From positions 16,616,001-16,680,000 of the forward strand of contig NW_025964001.1 in assembly GCF_023055435.1 (NCBI RefSeq): 64,000 nt of DNA, written 5' to 3'. Positions 36,269-50,009 of this stretch are shown here, piece after piece. Under the pieces are notes generated by a model. That model was not told the origin of the DNA. It was given only the letters and a program-made list of their open reading frames with translations, and ran no database searches. The translations under genes and the position numbers were made by a program. Within the stretch, counting starts at the first letter, position 1; every line of letters begins with the position of its first letter. This DNA is from Haliotis rufescens. Its lineage: Eukaryota.

Positions 36269-36791
36269 CATCTTCCCGAGACAAGGGAGTTAACTGACTA
36301 TAAAAGTCCAGTTTGCGCCCTTGCCGAACTTGGCTGGAATTATGGAGTTATATTTTGGCTGGACTAACGAGTCTATGTATAATCCAATGAAAACGACACC
36401 GAGTTCGTATGCTGACATGCAGATTTCGGTTGATTGCAGGATTTCAAAGGCATGTGTACCATCAACTCTGCGTTGACAGATATTTTCCAAATTATTTCAT
36501 ATTTTTAATCAAGGTTCTCATGTAATTTGATGCACTTCGCGAGGTAAGACGCCTTTTTTACAATATAGGTCTTGGTTATCGATCAGATAGTCTTGACTGG
36601 GCGCCGCAATTTTGTTTGAAGCAAATACAAATAGTATTATAGGTGGATTCTGATTAGTCAGTAGGAGGGACATAACTCGTAATAGTCACTGGTGGTTGGT
36701 TCTACGATCGAGCCACGAAATTCCACCCAAGTTCGACAAGGGTAGAAACTGGATTTTTGTAGTCAGTTAACTCTCTTGCCTCCGGAAGATG
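36269..36791. mobile_element. MITE of about 520 bp with long TIRs
   Basis: CATCTTCCCGAGACAAGGGAGTTAACTGACTA / TAGTCAGTTAACTCTCTTGCCTCCGGAAGATG; related copy at 62761. Confidence 0.8.
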
Positions 36792-37079
36792 TGTAAACAC
36801 AAAGTCTTGTATAGGTATATCAATCCGTTTCATGATTTGATAAAATGACTCATTTTCACACAAGGCACTAAAAACATGGGACCTTCGTTAATCTGAAAAA
36901 GCCTGCTTTCCAAGCGATTACTGTTGGGAACATCTAAAAATATACAAAGGACATTTCTCTGTACCATTGGCACGTGAGTTTCGTTAATCCGAACAGTTAC
37001 CGTCCGGATTAACGAGGTTTCACGTGACAAGCGAACATCCTGGCAATTGTTCCTCCTCGTCGCCCCTCCTTCCCACAGT

Positions 37080-38597
37080 CTATAGGGCCCCTGCTGACGA
37101 CTCGCAGTCTGATGTTTCAAGTTCATTCCTCATATCCAGAGTTAGATCGACATCTTTGAAACTGAGAGGGGAATCAGCGAAGACGTCATCAACCATGACC
37201 TGATCGTCGGTAGGTGGCCATTTCACAACATTTCCAGGAGAATGGCGGTCCTTGAAAACGACATAAAACGTCTCCTTCTCCACAGGACTTGTGACCTCTT
37301 CGGGGTCGGACAGACTTTGGTACAAGGGAGACGGACTGATAGGTGTCTGTATGTCATGGTCGACAGACAGGTCATCGAGGCTGATGTTAAGAGGAGAATG
37401 AATGTTATAGTTTGGTACCGCTAAAAGGTTTCCAGCGTTGTGTTTTAGGTCATGTTTGCGTGTTTCTTCCCCGACCACAAACATACCTGCTGAAGTAACA
37501 TCTGGAGTGGGGGATGGAACTGGTGTGTCCATTTTATAAATATTTTTTTCAATTTTCCTTTTTATGTCGTTTAAGGATTGGTCCTGGTTGATGGGATCCC
37601 ACACTGTGGCATTCCGGTAGCCGTTGATGAGCATGAGAACGATGTCACAGGAATCGCGGTGGACGAGCGGATGCTTCCTGTAAGAACTGACCTCTTGGGC
37701 GGAAAGTGGCCGAAGACTTGGTAACGCGCTTGCTTGTCTTTGGTCCGACCTCAAATTACTCCCCAACGATGGCGTGACACTATGCGAAAACTTATCAGCA
37801 CATCTACGTCTGTTTGATTTGATTTGATTTTCAAATGTGTACATGATCACAGAATCTGGCAGAGGGCTCGGCAATTTGAACCCTGGCGGTTTCACGAACA
37901 CTGTCGGAATGTCCATTGTCCAGGCAGCGGAGAGATCGCGGTAGCTAGATGGATTAAAAACACTCTCTTGGCTCATTAAAAATAAGAAGATTTCACAGTC
38001 TGACAACGATTGACAAAGCTTGTGCGCGGAATAGTTGCTGGGCACTTTAGCTTGAATGCTGTATTCCTCTTTCAGTTCAGATGTCAGTTTAGAAAATGGG
38101 GACATAAGAACATCAGACTGCGACTGACCACTGATATAAAGTTTCGTTTTTCTCTGATTGAAATCAGAATCTTTTATCAGATCATCAATATCATCATCAA
38201 GGTCGTTTGTAACAGAAATGATCGGAATAGGTGGAGGTTTGACCTTGGCTGTACTCTGACCCCTACGGGACTTCCGGTCGTCCGTTTTGTCGAGAGGCAC
38301 TTTCTTGATTTTTTTAGTGTCGTCGGATACAACGTAGGGTTTGAGGAACTCCCAGAATACGTCCATACAACTGTCCTGTATAAGACTTGGGTAGATGTCA
38401 AGGAGGCTTATCGCCGTGTTCAGAGTCTCCTGGTTCTTGCGCATCCATGCTAGCGCTCCGCGAAATGTGGGCCAGAAGCTGTGCAATTGCTGGGACCTAT
38501 GCCGCTGAACGTAAGGCAACTTTCGACGGCGGCGGTCCTGCATGTGCTTGTAAAAGTTCATTCTGTTTTCAAGATTTTGCACAAATTCAGACGTCAT
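37080..38597 (-). CDS. Uncharacterised 505-aa protein with a divergent TIR (SARM1/TIR_2-like) domain, single coding exon
   Basis: 1.5-kb open frame; first ATG at 38597 with an in-frame TAA just upstream; splice acceptors near 38637 and 38751. TIR-like pattern KLYISG...KLCQSLSDCEIFLFLMSQESV...SYRDLSAAWTMDIPTVFVKPPGFKLPSPLP...NATVWDPINQDQSLNDIKRKI. Confidence 0.8.
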   Translation of the reverse strand: MTSEFVQNLENRMNFYKHMQDRRRRKLPYVQRHRSQQLHSFWPTFRGALAWMRKNQETLNTAISLLDIYPSLIQDSCMDVFWEFLKPYVVSDDTKKIKKVPLDKTDDRKSRRGQSTAKVKPPPIPIISVTNDLDDDIDDLIKDSDFNQRKTKLYISGQSQSDVLMSPFSKLTSELKEEYSIQAKVPSNYSAHKLCQSLSDCEIFLFLMSQESVFNPSSYRDLSAAWTMDIPTVFVKPPGFKLPSPLPDSVIMYTFENQIKSNRRRCADKFSHSVTPSLGSNLRSDQRQASALPSLRPLSAQEVSSYRKHPLVHRDSCDIVLMLINGYRNATVWDPINQDQSLNDIKRKIEKNIYKMDTPVPSPTPDVTSAGMFVVGEETRKHDLKHNAGNLLAVPNYNIHSPLNISLDDLSVDHDIQTPISPSPLYQSLSDPEEVTSPVEKETFYVVFKDRHSPGNVVKWPPTDDQVMVDDVFADSPLSFKDVDLTLDMRNELETSDCESSAGAL

Positions 38598-39143
38598 TAA
38601 AAATGTATGTATCAACTTCTCATTTTAATAAATCCTCCTGAAAGCAATGCCGGTATCCACACAGGATAGATATTTCTTTATAGGTAAGTGCACCCTTTAT
38701 GGGTCATGAGTGTCCGCTTTTTTTGTCCCAGGCCCTTTCTTGTGTATAATCCTGAAACAGACGAAGACATATTTGGAGTAAGTGAGTGGGGTTAACATCG
38801 CTTTGAACAGTGTTTCAGTTATATCATGACGTGTCTACGTCATGTGGGGGTAAAAAGTGATGATTATCTTATACGTTTACCACGGGTATGCAGCATGGTA
38901 TGGAGCAAACAAACCTAGTGCTAACCGAGATTCGAACCTACTATCTTAGGTTTCTGGCACGTCTGGCGAACTGCGGCGTCTTAGCCAACTGGACAAATCA
39001 TTATGAAACTAAAGAATAATGCTTAAAAAATCTTGCAAATATTGCAAAAGTAACAAAACAAAACTTATTTTGTATTAAGTGATGAAATTACTACACTTTA
39101 TTTATCGCCACATATGAATAGTTATTTCGCCCGGATCTACAAG

Positions 39144-42140
39144 CACACACTACATTCTTATGATCACATACACACACCCTCTGCAACACAATCACACACT
39201 ACATACCCATGATCACATACACACAACCTCTTCAACACAATCACACACTACATACCCATGATCACATACACACACCCTCTTCAACACAATCACACACTAC
39301 ATACCCATGATCACATACACACACCCTCTTCAACACAATCACACACTACATACCCATGATCACATACACACACCCTCTTCAACACAATCACACACTACAT
39401 ACCCATGATCACATACACACACCCTCTGCAACACAATCACAAGCTACATACTCATGACCACATACACACACCCTCTGCAAACCAATCACACACTACATAC
39501 TCATGATCACATACACACACCCTCTGCAACACAATCACAAGCTACATACTCATGACCACATACACACACCCTCTGCAAAGCAATCACACACTACATACCC
39601 ATGATCACATACACACACCCTCTGCAAACCAATCACACACTACATACTCATGATCACATGCACACACCCTCTGCAACACAATCACACACTACATACCCAT
39701 GATCACATACACACACCCTCTGGAAAGCAATCACACACTACATACCCATGATCACATACACACCCTCTGCAACACAATCACACACTACATACCCATGATC
39801 ACATACACACACCCTCTGCAAACCAATCACACACTACATACTCATGATCACATACACACACCCTCTGCAACACAATCACACACTACATACCCATGATCAC
39901 ATACACACACCCTCTGCAAACCAATCACACACTACATACTCATGATCACATACACACACCCTCTGTAACACAATCACAAGCTACATACTCATGACCATAT
40001 ACACACACCCTCTGCAACACAATCACACACTACATACTCATGATCACATACACACACCCTCTGCAACACAATCACAAGCTACATACTCATGACCACATAC
40101 ACACACCCTCTGCAACACAATAACACACTACATACCCATGATCACATACACACACCCTCTGCAACACAATCACACACTACTTACTCATGATCACATACAC
40201 ACACCCTCTGCAACACAATCACAAGCTACATACTCATGATCAGATACACACACCCTCTGCAACACAATCACACACTACATACCCATGATCACATACACAC
40301 ACCATCTGCAACACAATAACACACTACATACTCATGATCACATACACACACCCTCTGCAACACAATCACACACTACATACCAATGATCACATACACACAC
40401 CCTCTGCAACACAATCACAAGCTACATACTCATGACCACATACACACACCCTCTGCAACACAATCACACAGTTCATACCCATGATCACATATACACACCC
40501 TCTGCAACACAGTCACAAGCTACATACTCATGATCACATACACACACCCTCTGCAACACAATCACAAGCTACATGCTCATGACCACATACACACACCCTC
40601 TGCAACACAATCACAAGCTACATACTCATGACCACATACACCCACCCTCTGCAACACAATCACAAGCTACATACTCATGATCACATACACACACCCTCTG
40701 CAACACAATCACAAGCTACATACTCATGATCACATACACACACCCTCTGCAACACAATATCACACTACATACCCATGATCACATACACACCACCTCTGCA
40801 ACACAATCACACACTACATACCCATGATCACATACACACACCCTCTGCAACACAATCACACACTACATACCCATGATCACATACACACCACCTCTGCAAC
40901 ACAATCACACACTACATACCCATGATAACATACACACACCCTCTGCAACACAATCACACACTACATACTCATGATCACATACACACACCCTCTGCAACAC
41001 AATCACACACTACATACCCATGATCACATACACACACCCTCTGCAACACAATCACACACTACATACCCATGACCACATACACACCCCCTCTGCAACACAA
41101 TCACAAGCTACATACTCATGACCACATACACATTCCCCTCTGCAACACAATCACAAGCTACATACTCATGACCACATACACACACCCTCTGCAACACAAT
41201 CACACACTACATACCCATGACCACATACAACCCCCCTCTGCAACACAATCACAAGCTACATACTCATGACCACATACACACCCCCTCTGCAACACAATCA
41301 CAAGCTACATACTCATGATCACATACACACACCCTCTGCAACACAATCACACACCACATACCCATGATCACATACACACACCCTCTGCAACACAATCACA
41401 CACTACATACCCATGATCACATACACCCACCCTCTGCAACACAATCACACACTACATACCCATGATCACATACACCCCCCCCCCCCCCTCTGCAACAAAA
41501 TCACACACTACATACTCATGACCACATACACACCACCCCCCCCCCCCCCCCCTCCTCCTCTGCAACACAATCACAAGCTACATGCTCATGACCACATACA
41601 CACACCCTCTGCAACACAATCACTAGCTACATACTCATGATCACATACACACACCCTCTGCAACACAATCACAAGCTACATACTCATGATCACATACACA
41701 CACCCTCTGCAACACAATCACACACTACATACCCATGATCACATACACACACCCTCTGCAACACAATCACACACTACATACCCATGATCACATAAACACA
41801 CCCTTTGCAACACAATCACACACTACATATCCATGATCACATACACACACCCTCTGCAACACAATCACACACTACATACTCATGACCACATACACACACC
41901 CTCTGCAACACAATCACACACTACATACCCATGATCACATACACACACCCTCTGCAACACAATCACACACTACATACTCATGATCACATACACACACCCT
42001 CTGCAACACAATCACACACTACATACCCATGACCACATACACACACCCTCTGCAACACAATCACACACTACATACCCATGACCACATACACACACCCTCT
42101 GCAACACAATCACACACTACATACCCATGACCACATACCT
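39144..42140. repeat. 49-bp CA-rich minisatellite, about 60 copies
   Basis: Unit CACATACACACACCCTCTGCAACACAATCACACACTACATACCCATGAT. Confidence 0.95.
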
Positions 42141-42939
42141 CCCCCCCCCCCCCCCCCCCCCCCCTCCTCTCCATCACATTCACCCGGTTCATATACATGA
42201 TCACATACCACAGTCATCACCACCATCATCAGTCATCACCACCCTCTCCATCATAATCAGACATTTCAATTCGATGACCACATACCCCTTCCCATCCTAC
42301 TGCCATCAACTGTCCATTACTGAAGTCAGCGTACTGTTACCGATCAATACCCGCCTGCTTTTAAAGCCTAACAAAGAGGAATTATAGTCCCATTACTACC
42401 CACCACTCCGATTTATAGAAGCCTAATTAAAATCATCCACACAACATCTCTCCCTGTGCTTGGATACTTAGATGCGTGTGGGATACAGTCGATGGTGCAA
42501 TTGGTTCATGAAATATTGGAAAACATTATATGGCTTTTCACAAAGTCCTTGTTTGTGCAACGTTGGTTTCCATGACGGGTGTGAAAGGTATATGAACAGT
42601 ATATCACAGCAAACACTTCGTATCTCGTAGCCCAATGCTCCACAGCATTATGAGCACAGTAGCAGTAATAATCAGCCCACATCTACATCACGAACAACTC
42701 CATACGGAGGTGTCGCGTCCTCCGTGAATATAGTGAATATGTCGTTTTTATCAATTACCTGATTTTAAATAAATATCACAAGTTTACAGAAATTATAACA
42801 GAAACCACAAAAATAGCGTTATTTCGGTCGATCGCTGGGACAATGAGATTAATCCAGGTAGAATCGTTTATTCAACACATAGATGTTGTTTGATCGCTTA
42901 CCACTCAGATGAAACTGTTACAAACGCCGGTCTGAGAGG

Positions 42940-43212
42940 TTGGTTGGTTGGTTGGTTTGTTGTTTAACGCCGCACTCAGCAATATTCCAGCTATATGACG
43001 GCGGTCTGTAAATAATCGAGTATGGACCAGACAATCCAGTGATTGACGTCATGAGCATCGATCCACGCAATTGGGATCGATGACATGTATCAACCAAGTC
43101 AGCGAGCCTGATCACCCGATCCCGTTAGTCGCCTTTTACGACAAGCATAGTCGCCTTTGACGGCAAGCATGGGTTGCTAAAGACCCACTGTACCCCGGAT
43201 CTTCACGGGTCC
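42940..43212 (-). mobile_element. SINE-like family C
   Basis: Reverse complement of the 58861 copy; (AACC)n tail. Confidence 0.8.
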
Positions 43213-43621
43213 TCTGATAGGAAGCTGACAAAGCCATATGGGCGATTTGTTTCTTCACAAACAGTAAACTCTCACATCACAGGCTGGTTAACAAATCGTA
43301 AAGAAATACACACCTGTTCTCCAACAACGCAGTTATCCATTTGCTTTTCCTTGAACAAGGGTACTGTCAAAAATCTCCCTTAACAACACCTCGACACTGA
43401 ATCCTTGTTGATTCACCGTCACGCCTTCAACATACAATAATTACTGCATGTACGCATCGTTCGTGAATAATATTCATTAATAAAACTGGTCTAAGTACAC
43501 ACACACATCGATATCCTACCAGAAAGTCTGGTTGTCCACTCAGTCAAAAAGCCATATCTGTCTGTCAGCCAAGTTGAAAATCTGCTGCGAATCCGCTGGT
43601 TTTGTGTATAACTACATTTGC

Positions 43622-43635
43622 GTTACCATGGCAAT
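43622..43635. promoter_or_regulatory. RFX X-box (GTTACCATGGCAAT) at the putative promoter of the TIR-like gene
   Basis: 13/14 match to the X-box GTTACCATGGCAAC; about 100 bp upstream (minus-strand sense) of a CTG|GTAGGA donor near 43519. Confidence 0.55.
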
Positions 43636-44903
43636 GCAATCGATTTGTCAGCCATGTAGGTAGGGTGGTCTGACTGAAAGGACAATAGATATCTAATTAA
43701 CAGCAGTCCTTGCAAGTAGTTATCAAACACTCTCGAATACGTGCTAATGATGTGACTATATAGAATTACTTGTTGTGTTGGTTTCGGATTCTTTTATTGA
43801 AATAATTGGTCGGGATGTCGAAATACACATGGATATTGCCCCAATATTTAAAACATTAAAATTCCACTTTCTAATTATTATTTAATGTGCTTAAAATAGC
43901 AGGTAGGAAACTTATAAAGTGTCCTTGTGAGGTTTTTTTCATTTTTAACATATTTTATATAATTTATTTAGTTGATTGCGACAGTATTAAGTGAGGTTTT
44001 CTGTTAAATGTTACTTAGTCGGTAGAATTAAACACCCGCTGCTTTCTTTTTCGAGGATTAATTTGTTTGAAATAGACGGATTTTCCTTTTAAAAGGTTTC
44101 TGGCCCAATTTTCGAATTTAAGGCTGGCAGATCCGTCTAAACCAAGTATATATGTGCTTCAAGGTACCCGTGAAGATCCGGGATAGAATAGGTCTTCGGG
44201 AACCCATGCTTGTCATAAAAGGCGACTATATGCTTGTCGTAAGAGGCAACTAACGGGATCGGGTGGTCAAGGCTCGATGACTTGGTTGATATATGTCATC
44301 ATGATGTCAATCACTGGATTGTCTGGTCCATACTCGATTATTTACAGACCGCCGTCATATAGCTGGAATAATGCTGAGTGCAGCTTAAACAATAAACTAA
44401 CTACGAACTACCAAATATATGTGCAAGGCCTTGCATTTTGTACACGCAAACCACCTATAAAAAGGTGGTTATTATGACGGTAAGTGCCGCACGTTCTGTA
44501 TTAATAACCTGACAGTTGATATAACAACAAGGGACTATAGTAATACAATAGCGATGCGTGTTAATTTATTCGACGGAACATTGCCTCAGTCCGTCTCGCT
44601 AACTGTATTCTTGATTGTATTTCATAATATGCAGAAGTTGATTCATTTACATGTGATGAGAAAAGTATTATGGTCATAACACTAGTCCTGCGCCATGACT
44701 GTGGAATTTATATTTCGAAAATATTATATTTTTACTGAAAGCATTGGCAAGTCTAGATTAAACTAACCAAGTCTAGTTTGCTTGATTCCACACCTATGAT
44801 AACAGCATTAGAGGAAGGGTTCCTTCGAAGAAAAAAAATATGAAATTTTAAAGACATGTTTTCATTGTCTACCATAACACCTACACCATTTAGTTTGAAA
44901 AAA

Positions 44904-45071
44904 GGGGCGGTCGGGTAGCCGAGTGGTTAAAGCTTTCAGTCGTCACGCCGAAGACCCGGGTTCGATTTCCGACATGGGTACAATGCGTAAAGCCCATTTC
45001 TGGTGTCCCCCGCCATGATATTGCTGGAATATTGCTAAAAGCGGCGTAAAACCCAATGCACTCACTCACCC
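44904..45071 (+). mobile_element. tRNA-derived SINE, family A, full length with TSD
   Basis: A box TAGCCGAGTGG, B box GGTTCGATTTC, (CACT)n tail; TSD AGTTTGAAAA on both sides. Confidence 0.85.
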
Positions 45072-45419
45072 AGTTTGAAAATACGGTACCGGTGTTGGTT
45101 CATGTTATATTTTCTGAATGATTTGGCATCATGACAGTGATACATCCGAATGATACATCCACACTGGCATTTAACACATGCTATATTCATACGTTCTATG
45201 CGTTGATATTTTAATCCACTTTAAAATAATTGTGGCACTTGTTCTTTATATACTGTTTTATGAAATTAACCTCGTCCCACTTGGGGACTACCCCGCCGTG
45301 TTATCACGGGGAGAGAAGAAACTCTGGCACATATGATTCCAGTCGTTGAAACGCCACTTTCGTTGTCTGTTGGGTCAAACTGTATGATGTCGGTCCATCT
45401 TGCAGATAATGATTGGCAT

Positions 45420-47582
45420 TGATTACCCAGATAAGCCAGATATATTATGATGTAGATCAATCCTGAAGGTAGTGATTAACCAGACATATTATGATGTTGA
45501 TCAATCCTGAAGGTAGTGATCAACCAGACATATTATGATGTAGATCAATCCTGCAGGTAATGATTAACCAGTTAACCCAAACATATCATGATGTAGATCA
45601 ATCCTGCAGGAAATGATTAACCAGATAACCCAAACATATTATGATGTAGATCAATCCTGCAGGTAATGATTAACCAGTTAACCCAAATATATCATGATGT
45701 AGATCAATCCTGCAGGAAATGATTAACCAGATAACCCAAACATATTATGATGTAGATCAATCCTGCAGGTAATGATTAACCAGATAACCCAAACATATTA
45801 TGATGTAGATTAATACTGCAGAAAAAGATTACCCAGATAACCCAGACATATTATGATGTAGATCAATCCTGCAGGAAAAGATTACCCAGATAACCCAGAC
45901 ATATTACGATGTAGATCAATCCTGAAGGTAATGATTAACCAAACATATCATGATGTAGATCAATCCTGAAGGTAATGATTAACCAGATAACCCAGACATA
46001 TCATGATGTAGATCAATCCTGAAGATAATGATTAACCAGATAACCCAGACATATCATGATGTAGATCAATCTTGTAGGTAATGATTAACCAGATAACCCA
46101 GACATATTATGATGTAGATAAATCCTGAAGATAATGATTACCCATATAACCCAGACTTATCATGATGTAGATCAATCCTGCAGGTAATGATTAACCAGAC
46201 ATACCATTATGTAGATCAATCTTGTAGGTAATGATTAACCAGATAACCCAGACATATTATGATGTAGATCAATCTTGTAGGTAATGATTGCCCATATAAC
46301 CCAGACGTATTATGATGTAGATCAATCATGTAGGTAATGATTAACCAGACATATCATGATGTAGATCAATCTTGTAGGTAATGATTGCCCATATAACCCA
46401 GACGTATTATGATGTAGAACAATCCTGTAGGTAATGATTGCCCAGATAACCCAGACATATCATGGTGTAGATCAATCTTGTAGGTAATGATTGCCAATAT
46501 AACCCAGACATACTACGATGTAGATCAATCCTGCAGGTAATGATTAACCAGACATATCATGATGTAGATCAATCTTGTAGGTACATGTAATGATTACCCA
46601 GATAACCCAGACATATTATGATGTAGATCAATCTTGTAGGTAATGATTGCCCATATAACCCAGACATATTATGATGTAGAACAATCCTGCAGGTAATGAT
46701 TACCCAGACATATTATGATGTAGATCAATCCTGCGGGTAATGATTAACCAGATAACCGAAACATATAATGATGTAGATCAATCCTGAAGGTAATGATTAC
46801 CCAGATAACCCAGACATATTATGATGTAGATCAATCCTGCAGGAAATGATTAACCAAACATATCATGATGTAGATCAATCCTGAAGGTAATGATTAACCA
46901 GATAACCCAGACATATCATGATGTAGATCAATCTTGAAGGTAATGATTAACCAGATAACCCAGACATATTATGATGTAGATCAATCCTGAAGGTAATGAT
47001 TACCCAGACATATTATGATGTAGATCAATCTTGAAGGTAATGATTAACCAGATAACCCAGACATATTATGATGTAGATCAATCCTGAAGGTAATGATTAC
47101 CCAGACATATTATGATGTAGATCAATCCTGAAGGTAATGATTAACCAAACATATCATGATGTAGATCAATCCTGAAGGTAATGATTAACCAGTTAACCCA
47201 GACATATTATGATGTAGATCAATCCTGAAGGTAATGATTACCCAGACATATCATGATGTAGATCAATCTTGAAGGTAATGATTAACCAGTTAACCCAGAC
47301 ATATTATGATGTAGATCAATCCTGCAGGAAATGATTACCTAGATAACCCAGACATATTATGATGTAGATCAATCCTGAAGGTAATGATTAACCAGATAAC
47401 CCAAACATATTATGATGTAGATCAATCCTGCAGGAAATGATTACCTAGATAACCCAGACATATTATGATGTAGATCAATCCTGAAGGTAATGATTAACCA
47501 GACATATCATGATGTAGATCAATCCTGCAGGTAATGATTAACCAAACATATCATGATGTAGCTCAATCCTGAAGGTAATGAT
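45420..47582. repeat. 44/53-bp minisatellite
   Basis: Unit GACATATTATGATGTAGATCAATCCTGAAGGTAATGATTAACCA with or without GATAACCCA. Confidence 0.95.
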
Positions 47583-48358
47583 AGACGGAATTCCTGGACA
47601 GGTTAGAAACTGGTCACACTCGGTGTGTACATAGTGTTGTAGTTCTTAACACTTGCTTCAATAATCACGGCTCATGATGTCAATCACTGGATTATCTGGT
47701 CCAGACTCGATTATTTACAGACCGCCGTCATATAGCTGGGATATTGCTGAGTGCGGCGTTAAACAACAAACAAATCATAATCATTCAACATAATCAAATG
47801 TTGAAAAAGTGTTACAACGTTTATGAGATCATTAACAGAAGACATATTGGCGTTCAGTATTTAAACACCTTAGTTGCTTAAATGGTGTGCTGGCGTTCGA
47901 GGTTAAATATTTACTTCATTTTTTCTCCATATATGTTTCGGTTGTCATCTACTTGCTGTGAAGACGGCTAGATGTTCCTGTACCTTTGGTCAGAGTGATA
48001 ATTGTGGCCACATCACTTGTGTTACGCACTAGATAACAAACTACAAGTTTTTTTGCGTAACTGACATTCAAGACGATGTCTACAAAACTTCACTTCCGAA
48101 AACATGGCATCTTCCAAGAGGAGAAACACTTAAGGGAGCTCAGTCAGATGTTATTGTTGTTCAAGGGTATGACACTGACAACCCTACTCGTGTCACTAAA
48201 GGTGTTCAATATTACCTCAACAATCCTTCACAATGACCTCCACCAACAATCACAAACTTAGTTAATTCACTTAGCGACATTAGGCCGGGTCTGTTACTTC
48301 AGTCAGTTGTTGTACCAGACTCTAAGTCCGAAGTGTTAACATAGCTTTGGCACATTTT

Positions 48359-48630
48359 CACGGGTGGCTAAGGCGCCGCGATTCGCTGTGCAGAGTTGCG
48401 TCCCTTGGGCACGCCAGAAACCTATGGTTGTGGGTTCGAATCCCGGTTCGCCCCGATTATGTTTCTAGGTTTGTCAGCACCATACCCGTGCTCGTGGGTT
48501 TCACCGAAGTGGTAAACGTCTGAGACCTGCATCACTTCGGGCTTTCCTCCCACATTAAGCTGACACGCCGTGATATAACTGGAATAATGTTAAAAGCGGC
48601 GTTTAACCCAACTCACTCACTCACTCACTC
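48359..48630 (+). mobile_element. SINE family B
   Basis: Matches 9301-9579; (CACT)n tail. Confidence 0.8.
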
Positions 48631-48924
48631 TTGAATACTGGAAACCTCACAACAGCACCGATGACACTTGCCATGCAAATTCCTTTTCTAAATTGACATG
48701 TGTTGACAATGTGAAAATTTTAATTACATTTTTTTAATATATACATTATAACATTCAAATTCCACAAGTATAAAGTTTATACAAATCATTTTTTTCAGAT
48801 GCAAGATACAACCGGGAATGTGTTCAGGTGTGGTGTGTCCCTCCCTGTTCCTGGCTTGGAGCATCTCCTGACAGAACAGTCTACAATCCTAGATGAAACC
48901 CACCCCATGGCCTACTGGAAACTA

Positions 48925-49091
48925 GGGGCGGTCGGGTAGCCTAGTGGTTAAAGCGTTCGCTCGTCACCCCGAAGACCCGGGTTCGATTCCCGACATGGGT
49001 ACAATGTGTTAAACCCATTTCTGGTGTCCCCCGCCGTGATATTGCTGGAATATTGCTAAAAGCGGCGTAAAACCATACTCCCTCACTCACC
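48925..49091 (+). mobile_element. tRNA-derived SINE, family A
   Basis: Near-identical to the 44904 copy; CCTACTGGAA duplicated at 48911 and 49093. Confidence 0.85.
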
Positions 49092-50009
49092 CCCTACTGG
49101 AATCTGAACGTCCAACTAATCCCAAATCGAGATAATACAACTTGCATATGACTGATGATCGGTTTCGACTTACTACAAACCACAACATCTACAACCAAAT
49201 ACGGGTGCAGTTGGCTGTAGCTGGCCTTCCATAGTGTGAATTGTTCGTGGCATGAGGAGTATCATCATCATTTAGAAACTCTTTATTTCAACCAACATGA
49301 CTGGGATACAAAATGCAAGACAACATTGGATGATTTTTTTCTTCAAATATTTCCTTGACTGAATTGTCGGCTTGAATACATCTATACTGACTGAATTGCA
49401 CCTGGAAAACTATTTTACCTGAATGGACTTCTGGTACCAAAACGCAGGTTATTAAAAACGATAAAAAAATTATTTTCTTATTGTAGTATTTATCTTTTAA
49501 TATTGCTAATATAGTGTTATTTTGTATACTCAATAAACAGACACGATTGTTGTGCGGATAAATTTAGTTTTAGATGTGGGTTGTGTATGGCAAACACATA
49601 AAATGTTATTGTCGATTGTCATTAGACTTGAAAGTCTATTATGTAGGGATTGTATATATAAATATAGTGGAAAGGGTTAATGTGGACAGTCTATCAATAC
49701 GCATAAACCATTACCATGTAGATTCTATATCAACACGCTTCATGTGTGAATTGTCTTTATAATGGGTTATGTTTCTTTGTTGTTTAACGCCGCACTCAGC
49801 AATATTCCAGCTATTTGACGGCGCTCTGTAAATAATCGAGTCTGGATTGTCTATCAATAGACATAAAAGGGCTATTGCGTCTATGTCTATCAGTAAACAT
49901 TGATCGTTATTGTAAAGTGGCTTTATTAATACACATATTATAGGGATTGTGCAGTGCTAAAATCCTTCCCGTATGTTGTACACAATCCATAATAGGCTGT
50001 CAGGTCTAT

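Noticed and set aside
38598-38615. ORF-track start (TTG) of the 511-aa ORF
   Set aside because: Non-ATG start in a eukaryote; the first ATG is at 38597.
38010-38641. Plus-strand ORFs of 147 and 84 aa
   Set aside because: Antisense shadows of the 505-aa minus-strand CDS.
39699-42387. His/Thr/Pro-rich ORFs (also 33459-33704, 34501-34761, 15892-16116)
   Set aside because: Translations of minisatellite or microsatellite units.
48925-48995. tRNA gene (also 44904 and 4380-4449)
   Set aside because: A/B boxes are present but continue into a shared SINE body and tail with TSDs, so these are SINE heads.
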